Of a DNA stretch of 27,962 bases, positions 7,250-14,783 are shown in pieces (the first letter of the stretch is position 1; each line of letters begins with the position of its first letter). The DNA is taken from positions 1-27,962 of the IMG/VR virus record IMGVR_UViG_3300042260_000190; one strand, 5' to 3'. A program made the position numbers and the translations under genes. Below the pieces are notes generated by a model. That model worked only from the letters and a program-made list of their open reading frames with translations, had not been told where the DNA came from and ran no database searches. This DNA is from a virus. Taxonomy: Duplodnaviria; Caudoviricetes.

Positions 7250-7554
7250 GAACAGGTTTAGTACGCGACCTACGCTCGCTTTTGCGGGCACACCCAGACG
7301 GGTTCACCGCTGCCAAACTGGCAGAGCTTACTGATAGGGACAAACACAATGTCACCAAGTATCTCAAGTTCATGCCCGACACCTACATCGACAGGTGGGA
7401 AGGCCCGCAAAGGGGCCAGTACAGCGCAGTCTGGTGCGTTGTCACCCCGCCAAGTGACTGCCCTCATCCAACAAAAGAAATGGTGGCCGTTCGCCCGAGT
7501 AGACGGAAAGATTTTGGTGCAGATGCACCGGTCAATAGAGAAACAAACGATTAA
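7246..7554 (+). CDS. Putative winged helix-turn-helix protein
   Basis: LLRAHPDGFTAAKLAELTDRDKHNVTKYLK HTH pattern; ATGA overlap. Confidence 0.7.
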   Translation: MRTGLVRDLRSLLRAHPDGFTAAKLAELTDRDKHNVTKYLKFMPDTYIDRWEGPQRGQYSAVWCVVTPPSDCPHPTKEMVAVRPSRRKDFGADAPVNRETND

Positions 7555-7575
7555 CCAAACCGAAGAGGCACTTTT

Positions 7576-7845
7576 ATGACAGTAGGAATCAAAGACGGAG
7601 TCAATGGCACAACAGCAGACGACCTGCAAGTTGGAGGCCAGCACTACAAAGACATGGGTATCCAGCCATGGGCTGTGATGGAGGCCGTGCTCACGCACGA
7701 CGAGTTCGTTGGCTTCCTCAAAGGCAACGTCATCAAGTACGCGATGCGCCAAGGCAAGAAGGACAGTGACGACGCCAACAAAGCACGGCACTACGCACTG
7801 AAGCTGGCGGAGATACAAGGAAACCCACATGGCCGCAACCCCTGA
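7576..7845 (+). CDS. DUF3310 (T7 gp1.7 / SaV-like) domain protein
   Basis: QVGGQHY...IQP...GFLKGNVIKY..R.GKK...D..KARHY signature; RBS GAGG. Confidence 0.9.
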   Translation: MTVGIKDGVNGTTADDLQVGGQHYKDMGIQPWAVMEAVLTHDEFVGFLKGNVIKYAMRQGKKDSDDANKARHYALKLAEIQGNPHGRNP

Positions 7846-8167
7846 AGCCAAGGTCAAAGCCAAGATTCACAAGGCCTTGAAAGAGGCCGGTGCGTACGCC
7901 GTCAACTACATTGGTGGCGCGTTCGCCAACAACGGTACCCCAGATATTCTGGCCTGTCTTGATGGGCGGTTTATCGGGGTCGAAGCCAAGGCCGGTAAGG
8001 GTAAGCCCACCGCCCTGCAAGTTTTAAGCTTAAAACGAATCGACGATGCTGGGGGCCTAGCCCTCGTCATCAACGAAACCAATCTGGAGTACCTAAGCGC
8101 GGCACTGGGGAATATCCACGCCGCCAAGAGTAACTACCACCCCTACATGGAGAGCGTACATGAGTGA
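7829..8167 (+). CDS. VRR-NUC domain nuclease (putative Holliday junction resolvase)
   Basis: TPEAKVK, GTPDILAC..GRFIGVEAKAG.GKPTALQ PD-(D/E)XK signature. Confidence 0.9.
   Translation: MAATPEAKVKAKIHKALKEAGAYAVNYIGGAFANNGTPDILACLDGRFIGVEAKAGKGKPTALQVLSLKRIDDAGGLALVINETNLEYLSAALGNIHAAKSNYHPYMESVHE
8021..8036. promoter_or_regulatory. Palindromic putative operator, copy 3 (GTTTTAAGCTTAAAAC), intragenic
   Basis: Perfect 16 bp palindrome with the same TTTTAA-N2-TTAAAA core, encoded with two TTA codons in a GC-rich gene. Confidence 0.55.
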
Positions 8168-8579
8168 ATTTAGCCCCGCCGTCACGATCATCTTGGATCA
8201 ACTGCAAGCAAACCCCGACGATTTCTTTGGGCCGGTCGATAGCTCCATCAGCTACCCGAAGTTCAACGAGATTCGCAAAGAGCTAACCGCACTTGCAACG
8301 GGTGCCCCACCTAAAGGCGAAGACCACATGCCTCTGTGGTTCCTTACTGAGGAAGAGAGAGCCGCGCTGGTCGATGCGTACTGCCACGCGCGCCGCCTGC
8401 GGTTCGATGCTGAAGTTACCCACAAACTGCTCGCACCAGACATGTACAAGACCCCCCATGTGTACGCCCAGAAGATCGGCTCGCATTATGGCACCGCACT
8501 CAATACCGTCACGATGAGTGAGTCGTCGCTCGATGCCCATAGCTACGTGTCGCACAAGTCCGTAGGGGCAACCGAATGA
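8160..8579 (+). CDS. Hypothetical protein (139 aa)
   Basis: GGAG RBS; ATGA overlap with the polymerase gene. Confidence 0.7.
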   Translation: MSEFSPAVTIILDQLQANPDDFFGPVDSSISYPKFNEIRKELTALATGAPPKGEDHMPLWFLTEEERAALVDAYCHARRLRFDAEVTHKLLAPDMYKTPHVYAQKIGSHYGTALNTVTMSESSLDAHSYVSHKSVGATE

Positions 8580-10462
8580 AAGTGGTGACGATTGACTTCG
8601 AGACGTACTACGACCGGGAGTACAGTCTCAGCAAGATCACAACAGAAGAGTACGTGCGCTCCCCGCAGTATGAGACGATTGGCTTTGCCATCAAGGTCAA
8701 TGCAGAACCTACTGTGTGGGTGCCGCGCCCTCAAGCCGAGCAGTACCTGCGAAACTTCGACTGGACGGATGCTATGGTCGTGGCGCAGAACACTGCGTTC
8801 GACGGCGCCATCATGGCGTGGCGCTCAGCTATCCGCCCTGCTGTGTGGGTCGACATCATGGGCATGTCACGTGCCCTGTTCCCGCATGAGAAGTCGCATA
8901 GCCTGAAGGCTCAGGCCGAGCGTATGGGCGTGGGCGTCAAGGGCGAGGAAGTCCTGCTGGCTATCGGTAAACGGTACAAAGACTTCGGCCCGGAAGAGCT
9001 GCACCGCTACGGCATGTACTGTATCAACGACGTGGAGCTAACCTACAAGCTGTTCACCATGTACATGGGCATGGGCTTTCCGAAGCTGGAGCTGCGCCTG
9101 ATCGACTTGACCCTGCGCATGTTTATTGAGCCTGAGCTAACCCTCGATGCGCCCCACCTTCGTGCCCACTTGGTTGACGTGAAAGAGCGCAAGCAAGCTC
9201 TGCTCGAAGCTGTGCGCGACAACATGCTCAAGGACGCAGACCCGGAGTACGTGCACGCTATCTACACCGAGGGTATGGACGGCATCAAGAAGCTGCTGAT
9301 GTCCAACGACAAGTTTGCCAAAGCGCTTGAGTCGCTTGGCGTTACGCCACCAACCAAGATCAGTCCGACCACAGGCAAGCTCGCGTATGCGTTTGCCAAG
9401 ACTGACGAAGCCTTCAAGGCCTTACAGGAGCACGATGATGAGCGAGTTCAAGCCCTCGTGGAAGCGCGACTTGGAAACAAGACAACACTTGAAGAGACTC
9501 GTACGGAACGCTTTATTGGCATGTCTAGCCGTGGGAAGTTTCCTGTACCTCTTCGTTACTACGGTGCTCACTCCGGGCGGTGGTCTGGACAAGATTCTGT
9601 AAACCTGCAGAACCTCCCATCACGCGGCAACAACGCCGGCAAGATCAAGAAAGCAATCATGGCCCCCGAGGGGTACGTTGTGATTGACTGCGACTCTGCG
9701 CAGATCGAAGCTCGTACGCTGGCATGGCTGGCTGGGCAGGACGATCTGGTGCAAGCTTTTAAGGACAAACAAGATGTCTACAAACTCATGGCGTCGAAAA
9801 TTTACGGTGTCACGACTGATGCAGTCGACAAAACACAACGACAGGTTGGCAAAACTGTTGTTCTTGGCGCTGGTTACGGAGTCGGGCACAAGAAGTTACA
9901 GATGTTCCTCAAGACCCAAGCAGGCGTTGAAGTTACGCTTGAGGAAGCCAAGCGCATTATTGACACGTACCGTTCAAGCTCCAGCCGAATTGCCGACCTC
10001 TGGTACGAAGCAGGCGAAGGGCTTCACGCGCTCTACAACAAGCAAACGCTCACGATCGACGCGGTCGGGATCGTCAAGGCCGTACCCGACAAGGGGCTGA
10101 CACTACCCAGCGGGCTGTTCATCCAGTACCCGAACCTGCGGCGCGAAACGGACGGCGAGGGCAAGACCAACTTTGTCTATACGTCCAAGGGCCTGCCGGT
10201 GAAAATCTACGGCGGTAAGGTTGTGGAGAACTTCACCCAAGCCATCGCACGCTGCATCGTTGCAGAACAGATGCTCCGCGTATCCAAGCGGTACAAGGTC
10301 GTGCTGACCGTCCATGACGCCGTGGCGATCATCGCCAAGGAAGACGAAGCGGACGTGGCACAAGCCTATCTGGAGGAGTGCATGAGCTGGAACCCCAAGT
10401 GGGCCGCTGGCCTACCCCTGTCCTGCGAATCCGGTGTAGGCAAAAGTTATGGGGACTGTTAA
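8576..10462 (+). CDS. polA: Family A DNA polymerase with 3'-5' exonuclease domain
   Basis: ExoI DFET, ExoII NTAFD, ExoIII YCIND; GRWSG...NLQNLP; motif A DSAQIEAR, motif B RQVGKTVVLGAGYG, motif C TVHD. Confidence 0.95.
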   Translation: MKVVTIDFETYYDREYSLSKITTEEYVRSPQYETIGFAIKVNAEPTVWVPRPQAEQYLRNFDWTDAMVVAQNTAFDGAIMAWRSAIRPAVWVDIMGMSRALFPHEKSHSLKAQAERMGVGVKGEEVLLAIGKRYKDFGPEELHRYGMYCINDVELTYKLFTMYMGMGFPKLELRLIDLTLRMFIEPELTLDAPHLRAHLVDVKERKQALLEAVRDNMLKDADPEYVHAIYTEGMDGIKKLLMSNDKFAKALESLGVTPPTKISPTTGKLAYAFAKTDEAFKALQEHDDERVQALVEARLGNKTTLEETRTERFIGMSSRGKFPVPLRYYGAHSGRWSGQDSVNLQNLPSRGNNAGKIKKAIMAPEGYVVIDCDSAQIEARTLAWLAGQDDLVQAFKDKQDVYKLMASKIYGVTTDAVDKTQRQVGKTVVLGAGYGVGHKKLQMFLKTQAGVEVTLEEAKRIIDTYRSSSSRIADLWYEAGEGLHALYNKQTLTIDAVGIVKAVPDKGLTLPSGLFIQYPNLRRETDGEGKTNFVYTSKGLPVKIYGGKVVENFTQAIARCIVAEQMLRVSKRYKVVLTVHDAVAIIAKEDEADVAQAYLEECMSWNPKWAAGLPLSCESGVGKSYGDC

Positions 10463-10495
10463 ACTGCAGGTTGGCAAATCAACTGGTAGTTTTCT

Positions 10496-11161
10496 ATGGC
10501 ACTCGCACATTCCTACTCGTCGGTCAAGGACTACGAGGGCTGCCCTCGTCGGTACAACGAAGTCCGTATTCTCAAAAAATTCAAATCAAAAGACACTGAA
10601 GCAACTCTATATGGAACAGCAGTACACAAAGCCTTTGAAGAGTTCATCCGGGATGGCATCGCGCTACCCGAGCAATTCGCACAGTACAAGCCATTCGTTG
10701 AGCCCCTCGCACAGCACCCGGGCGACATCCGGTGCGAAGAAAAGATGGGTATCCGAAATGACTTTAGCCCGTGTGGCTTTTTTGACAAAGACGTATGGTT
10801 CCGGGGTATCCCAGACTACCTCGCCATAAGCAAGAACGGCAAGACCGCCAGAGTCGCCGACTACAAAACAGGCAAGTCAAGCCGCTACGCCGACACCTCC
10901 CAGCTCGAACTCATGGCTGCCATGGTCATGCTGCACCATCCTGCGGTTGAGAGAGTGCGCGGGGTCTTGCTATTTGTGGTCGTCGGTGACATCATTAAAG
11001 CCGAGTTCAGCCGGGAACAACTGCCCGACATCCTCTCCAAGTGGGGTGGCCGGGCGAACAGTATTGAGAAGGCAGTGGACGTAGGGGTGTTTAACCCGCG
11101 CAGTTCCGCCCTCTGCCGCTTCTGTCCAGTCTCCTCATGTGAGTACAACAATGGCCACTAA
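10496..11161 (+). CDS. PD-(D/E)XK nuclease, Cas4/RecB/AddB-like exonuclease
   Basis: SYS...CP, GTAVH, RGIPD...DYKTGK, QL motifs; C-terminal CRFCPVSSC completing a 1+3 Cys arrangement typical of an Fe-S staple. Confidence 0.9.
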   Translation: MALAHSYSSVKDYEGCPRRYNEVRILKKFKSKDTEATLYGTAVHKAFEEFIRDGIALPEQFAQYKPFVEPLAQHPGDIRCEEKMGIRNDFSPCGFFDKDVWFRGIPDYLAISKNGKTARVADYKTGKSSRYADTSQLELMAAMVMLHHPAVERVRGVLLFVVVGDIIKAEFSREQLPDILSKWGGRANSIEKAVDVGVFNPRSSALCRFCPVSSCEYNNGH

Positions 11162-11435
11162 ACGCAACTACAAGCAGGAATACGAGCGCTATCAGGGCAC
11201 CCCCGCCCAGCTCAAAGCCCAGTCCGAGCGCCACAAGGCGCGTCGAGCATACGAGAAAGCCCACGGCGATCTGCCAGCCGACGTGGATGTAGACCACAAG
11301 AAGGCTATGTCCAAAGGCGGCACGTCCAAGCTGAGCAATCTGCGGGCGGTACCGCAGGGCGAGAACACGAGCTTCTCTCGCACAAAAACGGGCGCAATGA
11401 AGTCGCAAATTTCCAAGCGCGAGCGCAAAAAGTAA
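11151..11435 (+). CDS. HNH endonuclease family protein
   Basis: DVDHKKAMSKGG...SNLRAV...EN (H-N-N) motif; basic protein. Confidence 0.85.
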   Translation: MATKRNYKQEYERYQGTPAQLKAQSERHKARRAYEKAHGDLPADVDVDHKKAMSKGGTSKLSNLRAVPQGENTSFSRTKTGAMKSQISKRERKK

Positions 11436-11446
11436 TGTAAGATTTG

Positions 11447-11523
11447 GTTGCCAGCGACAACTGGCAACGTGATTCTCCTTGAATTTAGCTGGGTGGGCAA
11501 CTACCCGGCTCTTTTTGTTTTTT
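11447..11523 (+). ncRNA. Candidate structured small RNA: hairpin, anti-SD linker, terminator hairpin
   Basis: GTTGCCAG/CTGGCAAC 8 bp stem (11447-11468); linker GTGATTCTCCTTGAATTT; 10 bp stem with GCAA loop (11487-11510) and T tract. Expression is unproven. Confidence 0.4.
11487..11523 (+). terminator. Rho-independent terminator
   Basis: AGCTGGGTGG-GCAA-CTACCCGGCT (two G-U pairs, GNRA loop) followed by CTTTTTGTTTTTT. Confidence 0.8.
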
Positions 11524-11547
11524 AAGTGTTTTCTATCGAGGTGCAAC

Positions 11548-13107
11548 ATGCAAGTCGTGCAAGACAAAGCGTTGCTGTTCAACACGCGTAAAGCGTCGCA
11601 GATCACAACGATCATTCCAAAGAGCAAGGTCGTAGCCAGCAACGGCGACGTCGACCAAGTACTCGTCAACTGGGGCTTTGACGAGGTGCAACTACTACGC
11701 AATCTGGGCATACGAGACGTGCCCAGCCCCATCCTTGGCCGCTACAAGTGGCCCGGTATGTACCGTCCGTTTGAGCACCAGCGCACCACAGCGGAGTTCT
11801 TGACTCTGCACCCCCGGTGCTACGTGTTCAACGAAGCGGGCACGGGCAAGACCTCTGCGGCGGCGTGGGCGGCTGACTACCTCATGACCCAAGGCAAAGT
11901 AAAGCGTGTGCTGGTGGTGTGCCCCGTCTCTATCATGGAGACAGCATGGCGCTCAGACTTGTTCAAGACCGTGATGCACCGGACGGTGGCTATCGCCCAA
12001 GGCACGCGAACTCAGCGAGCCGCTGTGGTTAACGGGAACTACGAATTCATCATCATCAACTTTGACGGCGTAAAGGTAGTCTCTCCCGAACTGCAGGCAG
12101 GGGGCTTCGATCTCATTATCGTCGACGAAGCGAACGCCGTAAAGAACGTGCAGACCGATCGGTGGAAACACCTCGCGGCGCTCATTAAGCCCGGCACTCG
12201 CCTGTGGCTCATGACTGGTACCCCTGCGTCGCAGTCACCGCTGGATGCGTACGGCCTAGCCAAGATGGTCAGCCCAGATAAGGTGCCGCGTTTCTACGGC
12301 GCGTTCCGCGATCAGGTCATGATTAAGATGTCGCAGTATCGGTGGGTGCCACGTCAAAACGCCCAAGAGATCGTGCACGAAGCCCTGCAGCCCGCCATAC
12401 GGTTCACCAAGGAAGAGTGCCTTGATTTGCCGGACATGCTGTACTCCACGCGGCAGGTGCCTCTCACGCCCCAGCAAGCCAAGTACTATGACACTATCCG
12501 CAAACAGATGGCCGTAATCGCCGCCGGTAGCGAAGTAACCGCAGTCAACGCTGCATCCATGCTCAACAAGCTGCTCCAGATTTCCCAAGGGGCGGTCTAT
12601 ACGGACGATAGGGACGTCGTTGAGTTCGACGTGACCAACCGCGTCAACGAGCTGATGGACGTTATCGCAGGCACATCACACAAGGTGTTAGTGTTCGTGC
12701 CCTATCGGCACACGCTCGACATGCTGGAGGAGAAGGTGCTCAAGGCCGGGTACACGGCAGCGGTAATTCACGGCGGGGTGTCCGCCACACGCCGGGCCGA
12801 GATCATCAAAGAGTTCCAGACTGAGGACGACCCCCGTGTGCTGTTGATGGTGCCGCAGGCTACCGCTCACGGCATTACCCTGACACGCGCCGATCAGGTT
12901 GTGTGGTGGGGCCCAGTGTCGTCAACCGAGATATACCTGCAGGCCAACGCCCGTGCGCACCGCGCTGGGCAGACGAACAAAGTGACCATCACCCATCTGG
13001 AAGGCAGCCCGGTGGAGCGTCGGATGTACTCCATGCTCCAGAGCAAAATTGATCTACACCAAAGTCTTGTCGAGTTGTACAAACAAGAGCTTGACGACGG
13101 TGTTTGA
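11548..13107 (+). CDS. SNF2-family (SF2) helicase
   Basis: Walker A-like EAGTGKT, VVCP, IVDEA, MTGTP, HGITL, QANARAHRAGQ motifs; ATG 11548 after GAGG preferred over TTG 11479. Confidence 0.92.
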   Translation: MQVVQDKALLFNTRKASQITTIIPKSKVVASNGDVDQVLVNWGFDEVQLLRNLGIRDVPSPILGRYKWPGMYRPFEHQRTTAEFLTLHPRCYVFNEAGTGKTSAAAWAADYLMTQGKVKRVLVVCPVSIMETAWRSDLFKTVMHRTVAIAQGTRTQRAAVVNGNYEFIIINFDGVKVVSPELQAGGFDLIIVDEANAVKNVQTDRWKHLAALIKPGTRLWLMTGTPASQSPLDAYGLAKMVSPDKVPRFYGAFRDQVMIKMSQYRWVPRQNAQEIVHEALQPAIRFTKEECLDLPDMLYSTRQVPLTPQQAKYYDTIRKQMAVIAAGSEVTAVNAASMLNKLLQISQGAVYTDDRDVVEFDVTNRVNELMDVIAGTSHKVLVFVPYRHTLDMLEEKVLKAGYTAAVIHGGVSATRRAEIIKEFQTEDDPRVLLMVPQATAHGITLTRADQVVWWGPVSSTEIYLQANARAHRAGQTNKVTITHLEGSPVERRMYSMLQSKIDLHQSLVELYKQELDDGV

Positions 13108-13118
13108 CACTGTATAAT
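13091..13118 (+). promoter_or_regulatory. Sigma70-type promoter
   Basis: TTGACG (13091-13096), 16 nt spacer, TATAAT (13113-13118); upstream of RBS AAGGAG and ATG 13156. Confidence 0.7.
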
Positions 13119-13155
13119 TTTTGACATTGTTCAACGTAAGTAAAGGAGAACCACC

Positions 13156-13551
13156 ATGACCGCAGATGCAAGCGCGCTAGTCAAGGCATACATTAAGATG
13201 CGAGACGCCCGCGACATAAAACAAAAACAGATGGAAGACGAGATCAACGAGATCAGCGCCCAGATGGGAGTGATCGAGCAAGAGCTGTTGGAAATCTGCA
13301 AGACAACTGGGCAGGACGGCGGCAAAACGCAGTTTGGCTCTTTCACACGGTCTGTTAAGACCCGCTACTGGACCAGCGACTGGGACAGTATGTACAAGTT
13401 CATCCGCGAGCATGATGCGCCGGAGCTTCTTGAACGACGTATCCACCAAGGCAACTTCACGGAACTCATCAAGGAAAACCCGAACCTCATGCCCGCAGGT
13501 GTAAATGTCGAGTCAAAATACTCGATCACGGTTCGCCGTGCAACCAAGTAA
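13156..13551 (+). CDS. Conserved phage replication-module protein with N-terminal coiled coil
   Basis: Strong RBS and promoter; coiled-coil N-terminus, DWDSMYKFI...ELLERRI motif. Confidence 0.8.
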   Translation: MTADASALVKAYIKMRDARDIKQKQMEDEINEISAQMGVIEQELLEICKTTGQDGGKTQFGSFTRSVKTRYWTSDWDSMYKFIREHDAPELLERRIHQGNFTELIKENPNLMPAGVNVESKYSITVRRATK

Positions 13552-13572
13552 CTTTTGTTAAAGGAAATCAAA

Positions 13573-14484
13573 ATGAGCAACATCACTCTCTTCAAGTCTG
13601 GTTCCATCGTTCCCGACTACCTGCGCGAAGCCGCAGACAGCATCACCAAAGACATTGCCGGTTCGTCCGGGGTCAAGCAAATCTCTATCAAGGGTGGCGT
13701 TTGGCGCATGATCGTTGGCGGCGAAGAAGTAGCCAAGAACGAAGACCGGTCGATGAACGTGGTCGTGATTGCCGCTGGCAAGGGCGTGTCCCGCACCTTC
13801 TACGCTGAGAAGTACGAAGAAGGCAAAGACATCAAACCCACCTGCTGGTCTGCAGAAGGTGTAGTGCCCAACGAAGAAGTTCCCGCAGCAAGCCGTCAGA
13901 GCGCCGCCTGCGCTACCTGCCCTCAGAACATCGAGGGCTCCGGCGATGGCAAGTCCCGCGCCTGCCGTTACAGCAAGCGTCTGGCCGTGGCTCTGGAGAA
14001 CGACATCGGCGGCAACATCTATCGCATGTCGGTACCCGCCAAGTCCTACTTTGGTAAGGCTGACGGCGACAAGATGCCTCTGCAAGCGTTCGGCAAGTTC
14101 CTGTCTGGCCACGGTATCCCAATCACTGGCATCGTGACCGAGGCTCGCTTCGATACGAGCGAAGCTGTGCCTGTTCTGAAGTTCCGCGCTGTGCGCCCCC
14201 TGTCGCAAGACGAGTGGACACTGGCCAAGGCTCAGAGCGCCACGGAAGACGCCAAGCAAGCTGTCGAGTTCAAGATGGTTCCCTCCAAGGCTGAGACTGG
14301 CGCTCCCGCACTGCCCGCCGCGTTTGCTGAGACCCCTGTGCCTGCCAAGGCTAAGAAGGCTGAAGCAGTTGAGGACGCTGAACCCGTCAAGCGTGCGTCC
14401 AAGCCAAAGGCTGAAGCCGCCCCGGCACCGTCCAAAGACGTGTCGGACATCCTGAGCGACTGGGCAACTGACGACGATGAGTAA
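13573..14484 (+). CDS. Putative ssDNA-binding / annealing protein
   Basis: RBS AAGGA; PTCWS, CATCPQN, RACR Cys motifs; Ala/Pro/Lys linker and acidic tail SDWATDDDE typical of SSB-like proteins; function inferred from tail and context. Confidence 0.6.
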   Translation: MSNITLFKSGSIVPDYLREAADSITKDIAGSSGVKQISIKGGVWRMIVGGEEVAKNEDRSMNVVVIAAGKGVSRTFYAEKYEEGKDIKPTCWSAEGVVPNEEVPAASRQSAACATCPQNIEGSGDGKSRACRYSKRLAVALENDIGGNIYRMSVPAKSYFGKADGDKMPLQAFGKFLSGHGIPITGIVTEARFDTSEAVPVLKFRAVRPLSQDEWTLAKAQSATEDAKQAVEFKMVPSKAETGAPALPAAFAETPVPAKAKKAEAVEDAEPVKRASKPKAEAAPAPSKDVSDILSDWATDDDE

Positions 14485-14719
14485 AAGACTCCGGGGGTTT
14501 GACTCCCTTTTCATCAAAAAAGTAGCGAAAGCAAACCTGCACCCGGTTGTCCGGGCGCTGGTGGATGTTTGCATCGAGCGCGGCGTGCCCATCTCGCTGG
14601 TGGCTGCCAAGCTCAGTGCATCTCGTGCGACCGTCTACAACTGGATGACAGGAAAGACAACGCCACACCCCCGGTTTCTGGAACTGATCCCGAACCTCAC
14701 AGCGCGTTTGCGTAAGTGA
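14477..14719 (+). CDS. Cro/XRE-like helix-turn-helix regulator
   Basis: ISLVAAKLSASRATVYNWMTGKTTP HTH signature. Confidence 0.85.
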   Translation: MSKRLRGFDSLFIKKVAKANLHPVVRALVDVCIERGVPISLVAAKLSASRATVYNWMTGKTTPHPRFLELIPNLTARLRK

Positions 14720-14729
14720 TTTCGTCTGT

Positions 14730-14760
14730 TGGGACGGCAGTAGTTTGCCGTCCCATTTTT
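14730..14760 (+). terminator. Rho-independent terminator
   Basis: TGGGACGGCA-GTAGTT-TGCCGTCCCA perfect 10 bp stem followed by TTTTT. Confidence 0.8.
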
Positions 14761-14783
14761 CATCCAGTTACCAGCGAGGATAT

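Noticed and set aside
9420-9960. Apparent shift to more A/T-ending codons within the polymerase gene (possible mosaic segment)
   Set aside because: Impression by eye only; needs a sliding-window GC3 calculation, and the reading frame and motifs are continuous
10457-10465. Possible extended -10 promoter TGTTAAACT before the nuclease gene
   Set aside because: No supporting -35 and it overlaps the polymerase stop codon; too weak to call
10496-11161. Cas4-like nuclease as evidence of a CRISPR-Cas system
   Set aside because: Solo Cas4/RecB-like nucleases are routine in phage replication modules; no cas1/cas2 or array present
11151-11435. HNH gene as an intron- or intein-associated homing element
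   Set aside because: Free-standing, and both neighbours appear intact and uninterrupted
13104-13126. Two perfect TTGACA hexamers (13104 and 13121)
   Set aside because: Neither has a -10 element at a suitable distance; TTGACG at 13091 pairs better with TATAAT
13550-13564. AACTTTTGTTAAAGG as a fourth copy of the palindrome
   Set aside because: Arms and spacing do not match TTTTAA-N2-TTAAAA; explained by stop codon plus RBS
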